Below, one piece after another: positions 12,960 through 28,620 of a stretch of DNA of 64,000 bases (positions are counted from its first letter, which is position 1; every line of letters starts with the position of its first letter). Made by a program: the position numbers and the translations under genes. Source of the DNA: Eledone cirrhosa (taxonomy: Eukaryota); the NCBI GenBank assembly GCA_964016885.1, contig OZ024760.1:22878001-22942000 (forward strand), given 5' to 3'. The notes under the pieces were generated by a model, which worked only from the letters and a program-made list of their open reading frames with translations, did not search any database and was not told the origin of the DNA.

Positions 12960-14110
12960 AGGATCAGAGAATCACTCTGCATAGGGATACTACTTCTCCA
13001 TATTGAGAGATCACAGCTCCGATACTATGGGAATGTGGTTAGAATGTCTCAGGAAAGAATCGCTGGACAGATTTGTAGCTCAGAGATCAGGGAGTCGCTC
13101 CACATAGAGCCACTACTTCTCCGAATTGAGAGATCACAGCTCCGATACTATGGGAATGTGGTTAGAATGTCTCGGAAAAGAATCACTGGACAGATTTGTA
13201 GCTCAGAGATCAGGGAGTCGCTCCACATAGAGCCACTACTTCTCCGAATTGAGAGATCACAGCTCCGATACTATGGACATGTGGTTAGAATGTCTCAGGA
13301 AAGAATCGCTGGACAGATTTGTAACTCGGAGATCAGAGAGTCACTCCAGGTAGAGCCACTACTTCTCTGAATTGAGAGATCACAGCTCCAATACTATGGA
13401 CATGTGGTTAGAATGTCTCAGGAACGAATCGCTGGACAGATTTGTAGCTCAGAGATCAGGGAGTCGCTCCACATAGAGCCACTACTTCTCCGAATTGAGA
13501 GATCACAGCTCCGATACTATGGGAATGTGGTTAGAATGTCTCGGAAAAGAATCACTGGACAGATTTGTAGCTCAGAGATCAGAGAGTCACTCCAGGTAGA
13601 GCCACTACTTCTCCGAATTGAGAGATCACAGCTCCGATACTATGAAAATGTGGTTAAAATGTCTCTGAAAAGAATCACTGGACAGATTTGTAGCTCAGAG
13701 ATCAGGGAGTCGCTCCACGTAGAGCCAATACTTCTCCGAATAGAGAGATCACAGCTCCGATACTATGAAAATGTGGTTAAAATGTCTCTGAAAAGAATCA
13801 TTGGTAGTTCCGAGATCAGGGAGCCACTCTATGGAGATCCACTACTTCTCCGAATTGAGAGATCACAGCATTGATACTATGGACATGAGGTTAGAATGCC
13901 TCAGGAAAAATCGCTGGACAGATTTGTAGCTCGGATATAAGAGAATCACTCCAGGTAGAAGCACTACTTCTCCGAATTGAGAGATCACATTGCTAATACT
14001 ACGGACATGGGGTTAGAATGTCTCCGAAGAGAATTACTAGATAGAAGTTACGGGCAAAACCAAGCGCCGGTAGACCCACGGGTACACTACCAGCCAGAGG
14101 GTTGGATAAC
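12960..14110 (+). repeat. About 9 tandem 123-bp units derived from the RTE-type LINE ORF C-terminus
   Basis: 41-aa repeat EIRESLHIEPLLLRIERSQLRYYGHVVRMSQERIAGQICSS resembles the RTE C-terminal LRWxGHVxRM motif. Confidence 0.8.
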
Positions 14111-14489
14111 ACTAAGTATTTCAGTTGCTTTTCTAAGTCAGCCATCCACCCGAATCGATGGTAGAAGGTTGGTTCTGATAGGGGCCCTTGGTGGTGAGCC
14201 TTTGAGAACTTTGTGTTCATGAAAAAACCGTGAGTAGGAGGGCATAGACGGGGCTAGAAGCTGTGGAAAGGAAAACGTTGATAAAGGAGAGGTAAATACG
14301 AAAGTGTAAATGAAAACTGGTCATAGACGATGTCTCACATCAGGTCACAAATACTTGGCATGTCGCATTGGAATCAATATCATATATGCTACAATAGTGT
14401 ATCTGCGCAATTCACACACACTCTACTCAGCAGTCATTACAAAATGGCGTAACACAACGCACACAACCAATATTACTTAGAATAATGTT

Positions 14490-14506
14490 TATGCAGGTAT
14501 ATACAC

Positions 14507-14558
<52 letters not shown>

Positions 14559-14584
14559 TGCAGGTATACACACACATACATATA

Positions 14585-14651
<67 letters not shown>

Positions 14652-14727
14652 GTTTCTGTGTGTTTATGTGCGTGTACCTATGTACGTATATATGTATATA
14701 CACATGTATATATATATATGTAAACAC

Positions 14728-14808
<81 letters not shown>

Positions 14809-14979
14809 GTATATATATATGTATATATATATGTATATATATATATGTATATATATATGTATATATATATGTATATATATAAATGTATATATATATATAT
14901 ATATATGTATATAAATGTATGTATATATATATAAATGTATATGTATATATAAATGTACATATATATATATATATATATG

Positions 14980-15037
<58 letters not shown>

Positions 15038-15067
15038 AATGTATATATATATGTATATATGTATATA

Positions 15068-15099
<32 letters not shown>

Positions 15100-15209
15100 A
15101 ATGTATATATATATATATATATGTATTTATGTATAAATGTATATATATATATGTATTTATGTATAAATGTATATATATATATATATAAATGTATATATAT
15201 ATATAAATG

Positions 15210-15274
<65 letters not shown>

Positions 15275-15299
15275 GTATATATATATATATAAATGTATA

Positions 15300-15348
<49 letters not shown>

Positions 15349-15349
15349 G

Positions 15350-15393
<44 letters not shown>

Positions 15394-15436
15394 TATATAA
15401 ATATATATATATAAATGTATATATATATATAAATGT

Positions 15437-15467
<31 letters not shown>

Positions 15468-15514
15468 AATGTATATATATATATAAATGTGTATGTATAT
15501 ATATATATAAATGT

Positions 15515-15545
<31 letters not shown>

Positions 15546-16020
15546 AATGTATATATATATATAAATGTGTATATATATATATATAAATGTCTATATATAT
15601 ATAAATGTGTATATATATATAAATGTGTATATATATATAAATGTGTATATATATATAAATGTGTATATATATATAAATGTGTATATATATATATAAATGT
15701 GTATATATATATAAATGTGTATATATATATATAAATGTGTATATATATATATAAATGTGTATATATATATAAATGTATATATATATAAATGTATATATAT
15801 ATATATAAATGTATATATATATATATAAATGTATATATATATATATATAAATGTGTATATATATATATATAAATGTATATATATATATATAAATGTGTAT
15901 ATATATATATATAAATGTATATATATATATATAAATGTATATATATATATATAAATGTATATATATATATATATATAAATGTGTATATATATATATATAA
16001 ATGTGTATATATATATATAA

Positions 16021-16066
<46 letters not shown>

Positions 16067-16598
16067 GTATATATATATATAAAAATGTATATATATATAT
16101 ATAAATGTGTATATATATAAATAAATGTATATATATATATATAAAAATGTATATATATATAAATGCATATATACATATAAATGTATATATATATATATAT
16201 ATATAAATGTATATATATATATATATATATATAAATGTATATATATATATATATATATATAAATGTATATATATATATATATATATATATAAATGTTTAT
16301 ATATATATATATATATATGAATGTATATATATATATATATATATAAATGTATATATATATATATATATAAATGTATATAGATATATATATTTGTATATAT
16401 ATTATGTATATATATAATAAAATGTATATAGATATATATATTTGTATATATATTATGTATATATATATAATAAAATGTATATAGATATATATATTTGTAT
16501 ATATATTATGTATATATATATAATAAAATGTATATAGATATATATATTTGTATATATATATGTATATATATATATAATAAAATGTATATAGATATATA
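14490..16598. repeat. Compound (TA)n/TAAATG microsatellite block
   Basis: TA runs punctuated by AAATG(T); source of spurious IY ORFs. Confidence 0.95.
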
Positions 16599-18389
16599 TC
16601 CAGTTCCTCAAACAGCCGCCTGATCTCCCCAGTGCTCTGGGCTGTGGAGGGTGGCTCTCCTAGTAGGGTCCTAAAATGGTCTAGCCATTTCCTCTTCCTA
16701 TCCTCGGGCCCCGTTCCCGGGATCCGACTCGAACACCTTCTCTTCCTCCCTGTGATCTCGTTGATGATCATCCAGCTCTCCTTACATCCAGATCTGTCAA
16801 CCGCTCTCTCCACACTTCTGATCTTCTCTATCAGTGCCTCCTCTCTGACCTCAGTGTAAGCGGTACAGAGTTCTTCCCTCATCACCTACACAGTCTCCAT
16901 CCTCTCCTCCGTAGGATCAGCATAGAATTGGTCCGTGGCAGCTTTCAGGTGTTTTCTGACTGCACACACTTTTGGGTTTGCAGAGCTGAGGTGCTTCCCT
17001 TTGTTCTTTATCCTCGGCACCAGGGTTTCACTTGCTTTCGCCACTGCATTGGTGAAGTGCCCGTACTTCCTCGTCACACTCTCCTCAGTCCATCCAATCT
17101 CTCTCTCCTCTGACTCTCCACACAGAGCACTAAACCTGTTTCTCACTTCCACTGTGAACCTCTCCTGTAGCTTATCATCTTCCTTGAAAGCTCCCCACTC
17201 ATAGATTGTTCTCCGGGGCTGAGCCTTGCTCTTTCTTAAGCTCACGCGGACCTCACTCATAACAAGCCGGTGGTCACTACCCAGTGTACTGAAATAGCTG
17301 TATGGTTCCGTGTTCAGAACACTATTCCGCCACTTTTTCCTCACCAGAATGAAATCAATCTGGGACTTGGACAGGTGCATATCTGAGATGTAGGTCCACA
17401 TCTTCCCCAGATTCTTCCTAAACCTTAGGTTGGTCGCCATCAAGTTCGCCTCCAGCAGGGTGTCTCTCAGTAGTCTTCCATTTCGGTTGGTGTTGTTATG
17501 GAAGTACCAGCAAGGATCTTCACTGCCCTCCTTACTCAGATGTGCATTGAAATCCCCCAAAACAAGCAGGATATTGTGTGCCTGAGTGGTGTTGACAGCT
17601 CTACACACCTCCTCATGGAACTCCTCGGCATTCACATCACTGTCCCCCTCGGTTGGACTATAGGCTGAGATGACTGTCAGTCTTGGGTTTCCATTGAAGG
17701 TCACCCTCAACACTCGCGGGGAGATAGGCATTATTTCCCTCACCAACAGATTGGTTTTTGCACTGAACACAAAACCCACTCCTCCCACTGCAGCATTTGT
17801 TGTGTTCTTCACTGCCGATGTAGTGATGAGCTGGCTCTTCCTCCCGATCATCACACTCCTCACGGGCTCATCATGTAGAATCCTGTGTTCTTGGATCGCA
17901 AGTATCTGTATACCACTCTCCGCGAACAGATGTCCCAACTCCTCTCTCTTCTCCAGCGTTCGAATAGTCCTCACATTCAAAGTGCCCATTTTGATGGCTC
18001 TTCTGCAGGACAAAACTGCATTCTTTATATTTGTCACAGAGACAGCTGATCCATCATCCACTGGCCCTCTCTGTGGCTCTAAGCCAGCAGTCATAACGAC
18101 CCGGCTGCTCCTTGACAGTGTAATTAGGGGCTCTAACCCTAGTGCTGTTAGATCGACTCTCCATATTTCTTTTCAATGGCTGACAATACCTTACCGGCGC
18201 CACTCGAATAAGGTAGTTATTTAACCCATAAATGGAGCCCTAACAGGTACTACCACCCCGGGCCAGGGCAGACCTGGGAGTCATGACAACTAAGGGGTAA
18301 CTCCACATTCCCCACATCTCCTGAACTCCCGAACTGGAGCCTTGCCACTGGATGTAGTTTAATGTCATGCCCAGGACATTAAACTACAT
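16599..18389 (-). mobile_element. RTE LINE 5' half (5' UTR, APE endonuclease, linker), inverted
   Basis: ORF 16886-18094 has MGTLNVRT, IQEHR, SAYSPT, GDFNAH, QIDFILV and SDH APE motifs; the reading continues to [12 protein letters not shown] at about 16600. Confidence 0.93.
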
Positions 18390-19545
18390 GAGACAGAGCC
18401 CTTCACCAGAGAGGAGCTTCAGAGAGCCAAGAAGAAGATCAAGGAGGGCAAGGCTCATGGAGAAGATGGAGTGGCATCAGAGGTGATGAAGAGGTGTGAT
18501 TTTGATGTAACGGGTCACTGGAGAAAGGAGTTGCCCCGAATCAGTGGAGGATCAGTAACATCGTCCCAGTGCCAAAAAAGGGAGATCTCTCTAACACCAA
18601 CAACTACCGGGGGATCTCACTGACGTCACTTGTGACAAAGACCCTCAACAGGATGATTCTTAACAGGATCCAGCCTGAGATGGAGAAGAAGCTCAGGGAC
18701 AACCAGAACGGCTTCAGAGAGGGTAGATCAACCACCAGTCACATCCTGATGCTGAGGAGGATATTAGAGGGAGCTAGAGCAAAGTGCCTTCCTGCGGTCA
18801 TGGTTTTCATTGACTTTAGGAAGGCCTTTGATTCTGTGGACCGTTACTGCCTGATGAGGATCTTACAGGCTTATGGAATCCCCAAGAGGATAGTGGACCT
18901 GATATCACTGCTCTACACCAACACCAAAGCCCAAGTCATTACACCTGATGGGATGACAGAGTTCTTTGAGATACTGGCTGGAGTGCTCCAGGGAGATACA
19001 TTGGCTCCCTACCTTTTTATCATCGTAGTGGACTATTGTATGCGCCTTGCACTGGAGAAACACCAGGACTCTGGCTTTACTGTAGCACCGGCTCAGAGCA
19101 GGAGAGTTAGGGCGAAAAAGGTATCGGATGCTGAATTTGCCGACGACATAGTTTTGGTGACAAATACAGTGAAGGAGGACGAGGATTTGATGCGGGAGGT
19201 TGAGACTGTGTCGATGAGTGTGGGGCTGAGAATGAATGAGACTAAAACAAAATATCTGGTAAAGAATGTTGAGAAGCCAGAAGGGATCACTAATGTAGGC
19301 GGGAAGCCGCTGGAATTGGTTGAGGACTTCCTGTATTTGGGAGCAAAGATTGGGAATACGGAAGATGATGTGGTTGAGAGGAAGAGCAAGGCCTGGGCAG
19401 CGTGTCACAGATTGAGGTCGGTGTGGAAGTCGGACCTTCGTAGAGACCTGAAAATCCGCCTCTTCATTGCTGTAGTGGAGTCTGTGCTGCTGTGTGGACA
19501 CTGACCAAGAAACTCACTCAGATGGTGGATGGGTGCTACACGAGG
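18390..19545 (+). mobile_element. RTE LINE reverse transcriptase segment (frameshifted, 3' truncated)
   Basis: PKKGDLS, NYRGISL, QNGFR, IDFRKAFDSV, GVLQGDTLAP, FADD, FLYLG; small deletions near 18510 and 19495. Confidence 0.95.
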
Positions 19546-19640
19546 TCTTACTGGTTCCTATTACCCACTCTACTACCCCAAGTATTGAGTACTTTGGTGC
19601 GTTATGGTCCACCTGGTTCCTTACCACATTTCCTTCGTTA
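19546..19640 (+). mobile_element. Family B terminus and tail joined to the truncated RTE
   Basis: TTCCTATTACCCACTCTACTACCC...CTTACCACATTTCCTTCGTT then (TA)n; matches 35895, 36820, 39683, 55108 and 58449. Confidence 0.75.
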
Positions 19641-19789
19641 TATATATATATATATGTTCATATATATATATATATATATATTTATATATGTTTATATATA
19701 TATATATATATATATGTATATTTATATATATGTATTTATATATATGTAGTTATATATATGTATATATATATGTGTATATATATATGTAG

Positions 19790-19835
<46 letters not shown>

Positions 19836-20179
19836 ATATGTATATATATATGTATGTATATATGTATATATATATATATGTATATATGTATATATATGTA
19901 TATATGTATATATGTATATATGTATATATATATATATATGTATATATGTATATATATATATATGTATGTATATATATATATGTATATATGTATATATATA
20001 TATATATGTATATATATTCGTACGTACACATATATATTAATATTGATCGCTTAATTTCAATATTCTAATCTACAACTATATGAGCTTAATGGAGAATAGA
20101 CAGTTAATGAAGCAAACCTGTCGACACACACACACACACGTACCCACACATACCCATACTCACACACACAAACACACAA

Positions 20180-20235
<56 letters not shown>

Positions 20236-20406
20236 CCACATAGATATATATACATACATATATATATAATTATTTTAAATGTTCACAAAACGCATGAAAG
20301 CAGCAAATATATGGTATGAAACAAATTAAATTAAGAGTTAGAAGTAATTCATCTTTGATTTTTTAAAAACTGATTCATCATTGAGTTCATCCACCCGGAA
20401 GACACA

Positions 20407-20485
<79 letters not shown>

Positions 20486-20532
20486 AATATGTACATATTT
20501 ATATATGAATATATATGTGTAGAGGTGTGTAT

Positions 20533-20608
<76 letters not shown>

Positions 20609-21419
20609 ATATATATATATATAATATATATATATGTTGTATATATATATATACATGTCATATATAAGTATATATATATATATATGTTGTACATATATAC
20701 ATGTCATATATATATATATATATATGTGTGTATATATATATGTGTGTGTATATATATACATGTGTGTATATATATATATATACACCATTGTGTATATATA
20801 TATATATATATATACATGTGTATATATATATATATACCATTGTGTATATATATATTTACCATTGTGTATATATATATATATATATACATATGTATATATA
20901 TATATGCATGTGTATAAATATACATGTGAATATATCTATACATGTGCATATATATAAATACAAGTATATATCTACGTATTTATATCTATATATATCAATA
21001 TGTGTATATGTATATATGTAAAAAATATGTGTATATATATGTATTTATAAAAAATTATATATATATATATGTATGTGTGTGTATATATAAATATGTATAT
21101 GAACATACATACATTTTCATATTTATACCGGAGGAGAAGGAGAGAGAGAGCGGAGGATATATATATATATATATTCTATACATGTTTACGTGTCTGTATA
21201 TATGTATGTATATATTTATATATGTATATATATATATGCAAGTATATACAGCCACGTACGCGGTAACACACTTACATAAATACACATACACAGATACAAT
21301 GACACATTCTCTGAATCCTACAAAACAATCACACACAGTTATATATATTTGTATATGTATATATACATATATATACACAAACAGACACACATATATATAT
21401 ATATATATATATACAATAT

Positions 21420-21629
21420 ATTAACAAATGGAAAGTATATTTATAAAATAATATTTATTTCATTATACATATTTCAAAATGAAATATGTATAATGAAATA
21501 AATATGGTTTTTAAATATAGATTCCATTTGTTAATATGTTGTATTTTTACTCCAAAAATTTGTTGAGTGCTTTATATCAGTTATAAAAATATTTGCTTGT
21601 TGTATCCCAACAATTTAAATATAACTTCT

Positions 21630-21630
<1 letters not shown>
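21420..21630. mobile_element. Family E inverted mini-insertion centred at the HHR GAAA
   Basis: CATTATACATATTTC aaaat GAAATATGTATAATG followed by the family E tail. Confidence 0.75.
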
Positions 21631-21671
<41 letters not shown>

Positions 21672-21684
21672 TTCTATACTTTTC

Positions 21685-21722
<38 letters not shown>

Positions 21723-21731
21723 TTCTATACT

Positions 21732-21781
<50 letters not shown>

Positions 21782-21919
21782 TAGTGCATACTTATGTACA
21801 CATAGACAGACATATATATACATATATATATATATATGTCTATGTACATATAAATATGCACTAGTATATATGTGTATATACACTGGCATTGATAAATATG
21901 CTAGGTCCGTAAACCCTTA

Positions 21920-21992
<73 letters not shown>

Positions 21993-22084
21993 TATAGTCT
22001 TTTGACAATGTTAGAAATCGATATTAATATGTTTATTAATATTTATATAGATCTATTTACACATGCTCAAACACACCTATATAC

Positions 22085-22154
<70 letters not shown>

Positions 22155-22195
22155 GTATGTGCGTAATCCTTTTCCTGCAGAGAGAGACACTCTCT

Positions 22196-22230
<35 letters not shown>

Positions 22231-22278
22231 GTGTATATAATGATAATAATAATATATATATATATATACATGTTTATT

Positions 22279-22327
<49 letters not shown>

Positions 22328-22328
22328 G

Positions 22329-22401
<73 letters not shown>

Positions 22402-22402
22402 G

Positions 22403-22512
<110 letters not shown>

Positions 22513-22689
22513 CGTATGTGTTTGTTTGTGTGTATGTATAGCGTGTATGTGAGAAGAGATAGAACAGACAATACCGAGAAAGAGAAAGAGGTAGCGAGGG
22601 TCAGATAGATATATAGAACGAGTGAGGCAGAGAGAGAGAGAGAGATCGGGCAGAGGTACAGATATATATATATATACATATATATATGT

Positions 22690-22746
22690 ACAGAATTAGC
22701 CGTCGAAACGGCTTGAGCTCAGCCGTCGGGGTCTTACTTACTCCTA
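22690..22746 (+). mobile_element. Family B tail-less 3' end
   Basis: CAGAATTAGCCGTCGAAACGGCTTGAGCTCAGCCGTCGGGGTC...CCTAT(ATA). Confidence 0.7.
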
Positions 22747-23246
22747 TATATATGTATATATATATATATAATAGAGAGAGAGAGAGAGGGAGAGATATGT
22801 GTTAGAGAGAGAGAGAGAGAGATATGTGTTAGAGAGAGAGAGAGAGCGAGAGACAGCGAGAGAGAGAGAATGAGAGAGAGAGATATGTGTTAGAGAGATA
22901 TGTGTTAGAGAGATATGTGTTAGAGAGAGGGACAGATAGAACTGGATATTATTCAATACATAGCAAGTTTTCTGGCTGCTACTTGTACCATTGCTGTAAT
23001 AACTGATTGGTGTTGGAACATACAGAGTTTGGCTGAGCGTTAGCTTCTGTAAAGAGCGTCAATATCCATAGGGAGGGCTACCTGAAATGCCGAAACGCTG
23101 GAATAAATTCGATTACATAGTGTGCAACGGACACATCTAACATCCATTGAACACTTCGTTTTATAGCAGCTTTTATTTTCTATTGATTATATTAATACAT
23201 AAATATTTACACACATATATGCATGCGTGCATATGTAAGTATTTAT

Positions 23247-23553
<307 letters not shown>

Positions 23554-23690
23554 GTTATATATAATATCTATATATATGTATATGTATATACAGGCATGGT
23601 CATATTTTCATATGTATTTATACGTACACATATACAAACACACATGCATAAACCTATTCACACTCAAAGAGACATACACACACTGCTATA

Positions 23691-23730
<40 letters not shown>

Positions 23731-23731
23731 C

Positions 23732-23824
<93 letters not shown>

Positions 23825-23825
23825 C

Positions 23826-23860
<35 letters not shown>

Positions 23861-23870
23861 CATACACATT

Positions 23871-24005
<135 letters not shown>

Positions 24006-24015
24006 GAATATATAC

Positions 24016-24066
<51 letters not shown>

Positions 24067-24111
24067 AATATATACATATATATATATACATGTATATATA
24101 TAAATATATAC

Positions 24112-24179
<68 letters not shown>

Positions 24180-24258
24180 TTACATATATATATATATATA
24201 TACATATTTATTTATATATATATATATATATACATATTTATTTATATATATATATACA

Positions 24259-24304
<46 letters not shown>

Positions 24305-24842
24305 TGGAGGCATACACATTATAACATCTTTTATATGCGTGTATTAATTTATATATGTGCACACATACGCCTGTATGTACGTAAGTAAATATATATATAT
24401 GTATATATATATATGTGTGTGTGGGTGGGTGTGTGTCTATCTGTATGTAGACACGAAGCGGTTGTGCTTTGTACATTCCAAGCGTAAAATCACGTTTTCC
24501 AGTCCTGTTAATATTTAACAAACTGTAAAATCTTCTTGGATATATTGAAACATTGGAAGACCTTTGTGTGCACATGTAAGTCCTTATATACATAATGGTT
24601 ATACACACACACACACGCACACACACACACACTCACACCCACACACACACTCAACATACACACGCATAAATACATATCCGTACGTATTTTGGCAACCAAA
24701 CATAATTTTAGGCACACTTTCCCACGCAACCATATAAGTAGAGTGATATATTGCATACACACACACACACACGCGCGCGCACACACGCACACACACACCC
24801 ACAATCACACACGCACACGCACACGCACACGCACACACACAC

Positions 24843-24903
<61 letters not shown>

Positions 24904-24938
24904 CACATATATACATATATGACTACAGAAATAACTAC

Positions 24939-24978
<40 letters not shown>

Positions 24979-26139
24979 CTATACTGATATATAAATATAC
25001 ATACTCATATATATATAGCGATCGTTACCGTCTTACTGAACAAACATTCAGGGTCTTAATATCGATTCTAATAGATTTTAAATGTCAAATTATATTTCGT
25101 CGACAATAATCGTAAAGACGTATATATGCATCAAATTTGCGCACATAACTGTGAATGTGTGGAAGGAGCTTCTCTGAAATTATTTCATCATTCATGGCCA
25201 CGTATTCACACTAAGAGATTATACACAGCCCCATCTTAACAGAACATAAGATACAATAATTTCTGGTATTTAACAGAAATCCATGTGATAAATATAGCAA
25301 TTATCGTAATAGATGGAAATCGTATTGAAATATTAAGAATAGATGATGCTAAATAAAATAATCTCCAATTAAAGTTAAAATTATTTAACCAGCACTAATA
25401 TTAGTAGATATTCGAATAGCTAAAGTGATAGGCTGTACTACAATACTTAAAAATTCAGTTAGAGGGCGGAAAGGAATTAAATATGAAAGAATTCCAGTGG
25501 GTAAGAAGGATGCTAAGATGAATATGGTTTATTTTGAAATTATTTCGACATTTACATATATGTAAGGGCTTTAAAAGCAAACCATTTAACCCATGAATTT
25601 TTCCCATTGTAAAACTGGTTGCTACTTTTCGTATTTTACTCAGAATTACCGGTTTTCGCATGTAAAGCTCTTAACGCAAGCCATCCAAGCTATACATTTT
25701 TCCACACGAATACCGATGGTATCTTATTTAAATTTACCGAGAAAGATTGGAAGACTTAAATGCAGTCGCTAAAGTTCTCTATCATCAAAGCTGATCATAA
25801 TGCCATGTTTAAAATATCTGGTTGAAAATTGAACAAGCTTCATTCGTATCGAGTAGGATGTTTAGGTTTCGATCCGTCAATCATATGAACAAATTCTGAT
25901 ACGTCTGCCAATGACGTCACGTATGCTGCTCTCAGAATGCCGAAAACAAATACAGCTTTGATTTTATTCCGATATTTTAAACATTTTACCAATTCAACTC
26001 TTGGGACTTTTATATGTTTCTTGACCTTAAAAAGATGACTGGAAAAAAAAACTAACCTCTGTGGAATTAGAACTCAGAGATTAGAGAGCCGGTATTACAT
26101 ACCACAAGAGATTCTAATCAAAGACTTATTAATAGCATG

Positions 26140-26189
<50 letters not shown>

Positions 26190-26251
26190 CACGCATTCAA
26201 ACATGGATGCATGCACATGCACGTCCATATTTACTACCGTATATGTATACG

Positions 26252-26306
<55 letters not shown>

Positions 26307-26379
26307 ATGTATATTATATATATATATATATTTTTAAACATGTATAAATACATATATTACATATATATATATATATATT

Positions 26380-26463
<84 letters not shown>

Positions 26464-27088
26464 CACACACATACAAACACAACTATATATATATAGAATA
26501 TATGTATTTAAATATATATACATATTTAAACAGCTGTCTGCATATCGTCTCTCTATACTTGTATACTCTGAAATGAGTCGTACACCCACTCTCAGAATAC
26601 AGATATACACACACATGCACACACATACACACACATGTACACACAGAGACAAGTACACATTAAGTTAAACATGTATAGAGAGAAATATTTAAGTAAGGAG
26701 AAAAGAAAAACAAAAGAAAGCAACTTAGCCAAATTTTGAATTACTTCAGCTTCAATTCCATCACGTAAAACTCGTGCATATCTTGGGCAGGAAATTGCTT
26801 AGCATTGCGCATGTGCAACGTAATTGTCAAGCATTGACATATTACAATCCACACGTAAGTCATTCTGAAAGAAAGATACTGAAAGCCATCGTAGAGTTCT
26901 CTCCCATGGGGACATCTAGCTTCGCACTGAGTTCTTATGAATTTTAAACCGGAAATTGCTATTTCTTCTCATGAGAAACACGTGATTAAATCGTACTTCG
27001 TTCGAAGATGCGGTTTAATGTCCCACATTGAGAATAGAAAATGGAGAATATTATTAGAATATGTATGTATTGTCTCTCTCTCTGTATG

Positions 27089-27157
<69 letters not shown>

Positions 27158-27179
27158 CTATAATATTTGAGAGTGTATA

Positions 27180-27235
<56 letters not shown>

Positions 27236-27753
27236 TATTATAGTATTGGTGCTCTTAAATAGCGATGTATATATGAGTGTATGTTTAATATATTTCATAA
27301 TATACTGTATGATTAATTGAAAACATTTTGAAGACCATTCGCTATTAAGTTTAAAGTAGTGACCATGTCACTTACTTATTCTCGGCAAAACCAAAGGGAA
27401 GTAATCGACAGTCCTGTTTCTCGATATTTAACTATATTTAACGGTTATCACTACTTCGCTTTTGCCAGGGATTTATAGAAGTTGGATGCTTATATAATTC
27501 CAGTAATGTTGAAAAGCTGATTAAATAGAGTGGTATATTATCAAATATAGTACACATACATTCATATATGGCGGCTGCCAACTCGTTTTCGAGTAGGGCC
27601 AATACTTTATATCCATGTAGGAGAACACCTACCGATGCGCTGAACGAGTGTGACTTTTTAGTCCAGCCAGCGACTTGAACACTCTGGTAGAAACACTACA
27701 TTCATATATATATATATATATATATAGATATACATATATACATACATATATAT

Positions 27754-27825
<72 letters not shown>

Positions 27826-28485
27826 GGTGTTTGGCTCACGATTCTGACCTCAATAACGGTAAGTATGAGTTATCCTTGAGCAAGACACTCTACTTTACAT
27901 CATTCTTAACCACTCAGCAAAACGATTTGTTCCTGTTATTCAAGGATCCACCCTCTTCTCACACTGTCAAGCTAAATACCCATGAAACTACATTAAGATT
28001 ACATATATATGTGGAAGGCTCAGCGACTTATATGTCATTCTCATGGACAGTCTGTTCCGTTACTTGCAAAGCCAGAACGCACATCATCTGAAAAACCACA
28101 TACACACGCAAAAATGTTCTGCGGCTAGGTTAGAGCAACGCATTCAAACAAGATGACCAACAGAATAAATATTCGTTCAAACAACAACAGAAGGCCGGAC
28201 AGAAAAATTTACATAATAATTTAAATTCCGCGTAAGCACTATACATATGTCAATGGTCAAGCTCTATCAGCCAATTATAGTGCAAGATCAGGCGATTTCA
28301 TCAGGTGTTATTTGTAGAATGATGTAACAGAATTACGTTGGAATGAATCATATAATGGGGCAGAAAAAACTGAAAATAGAAAATTAGATTCGGGGACGGC
28401 ATGCTAATATGGTGTTTTATAGATAGCAGACACACACACAGATACACACATACACAAACACACACAGGCACACAGGCACACACAC

Positions 28486-28581
<96 letters not shown>

Positions 28582-28620
28582 TTATATATATATATACTGA
28601 GATTCAGTGTTATATATATA

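Noticed and set aside
14678-16598. Long IY/YI-rich ORFs here and throughout the window
   Set aside because: Translations of (TA)n microsatellites; only the first ~95 aa of ORF 14678-16885 are LINE-derived.
23064-23102. HHR-like GGC...GCCGAAACGC
   Set aside because: No recognisable CUGANGA box.
25907-25922. Overlapping CCAAT and TGACGTCA (CRE) sites
   Set aside because: Isolated motif with no supporting transcription unit.
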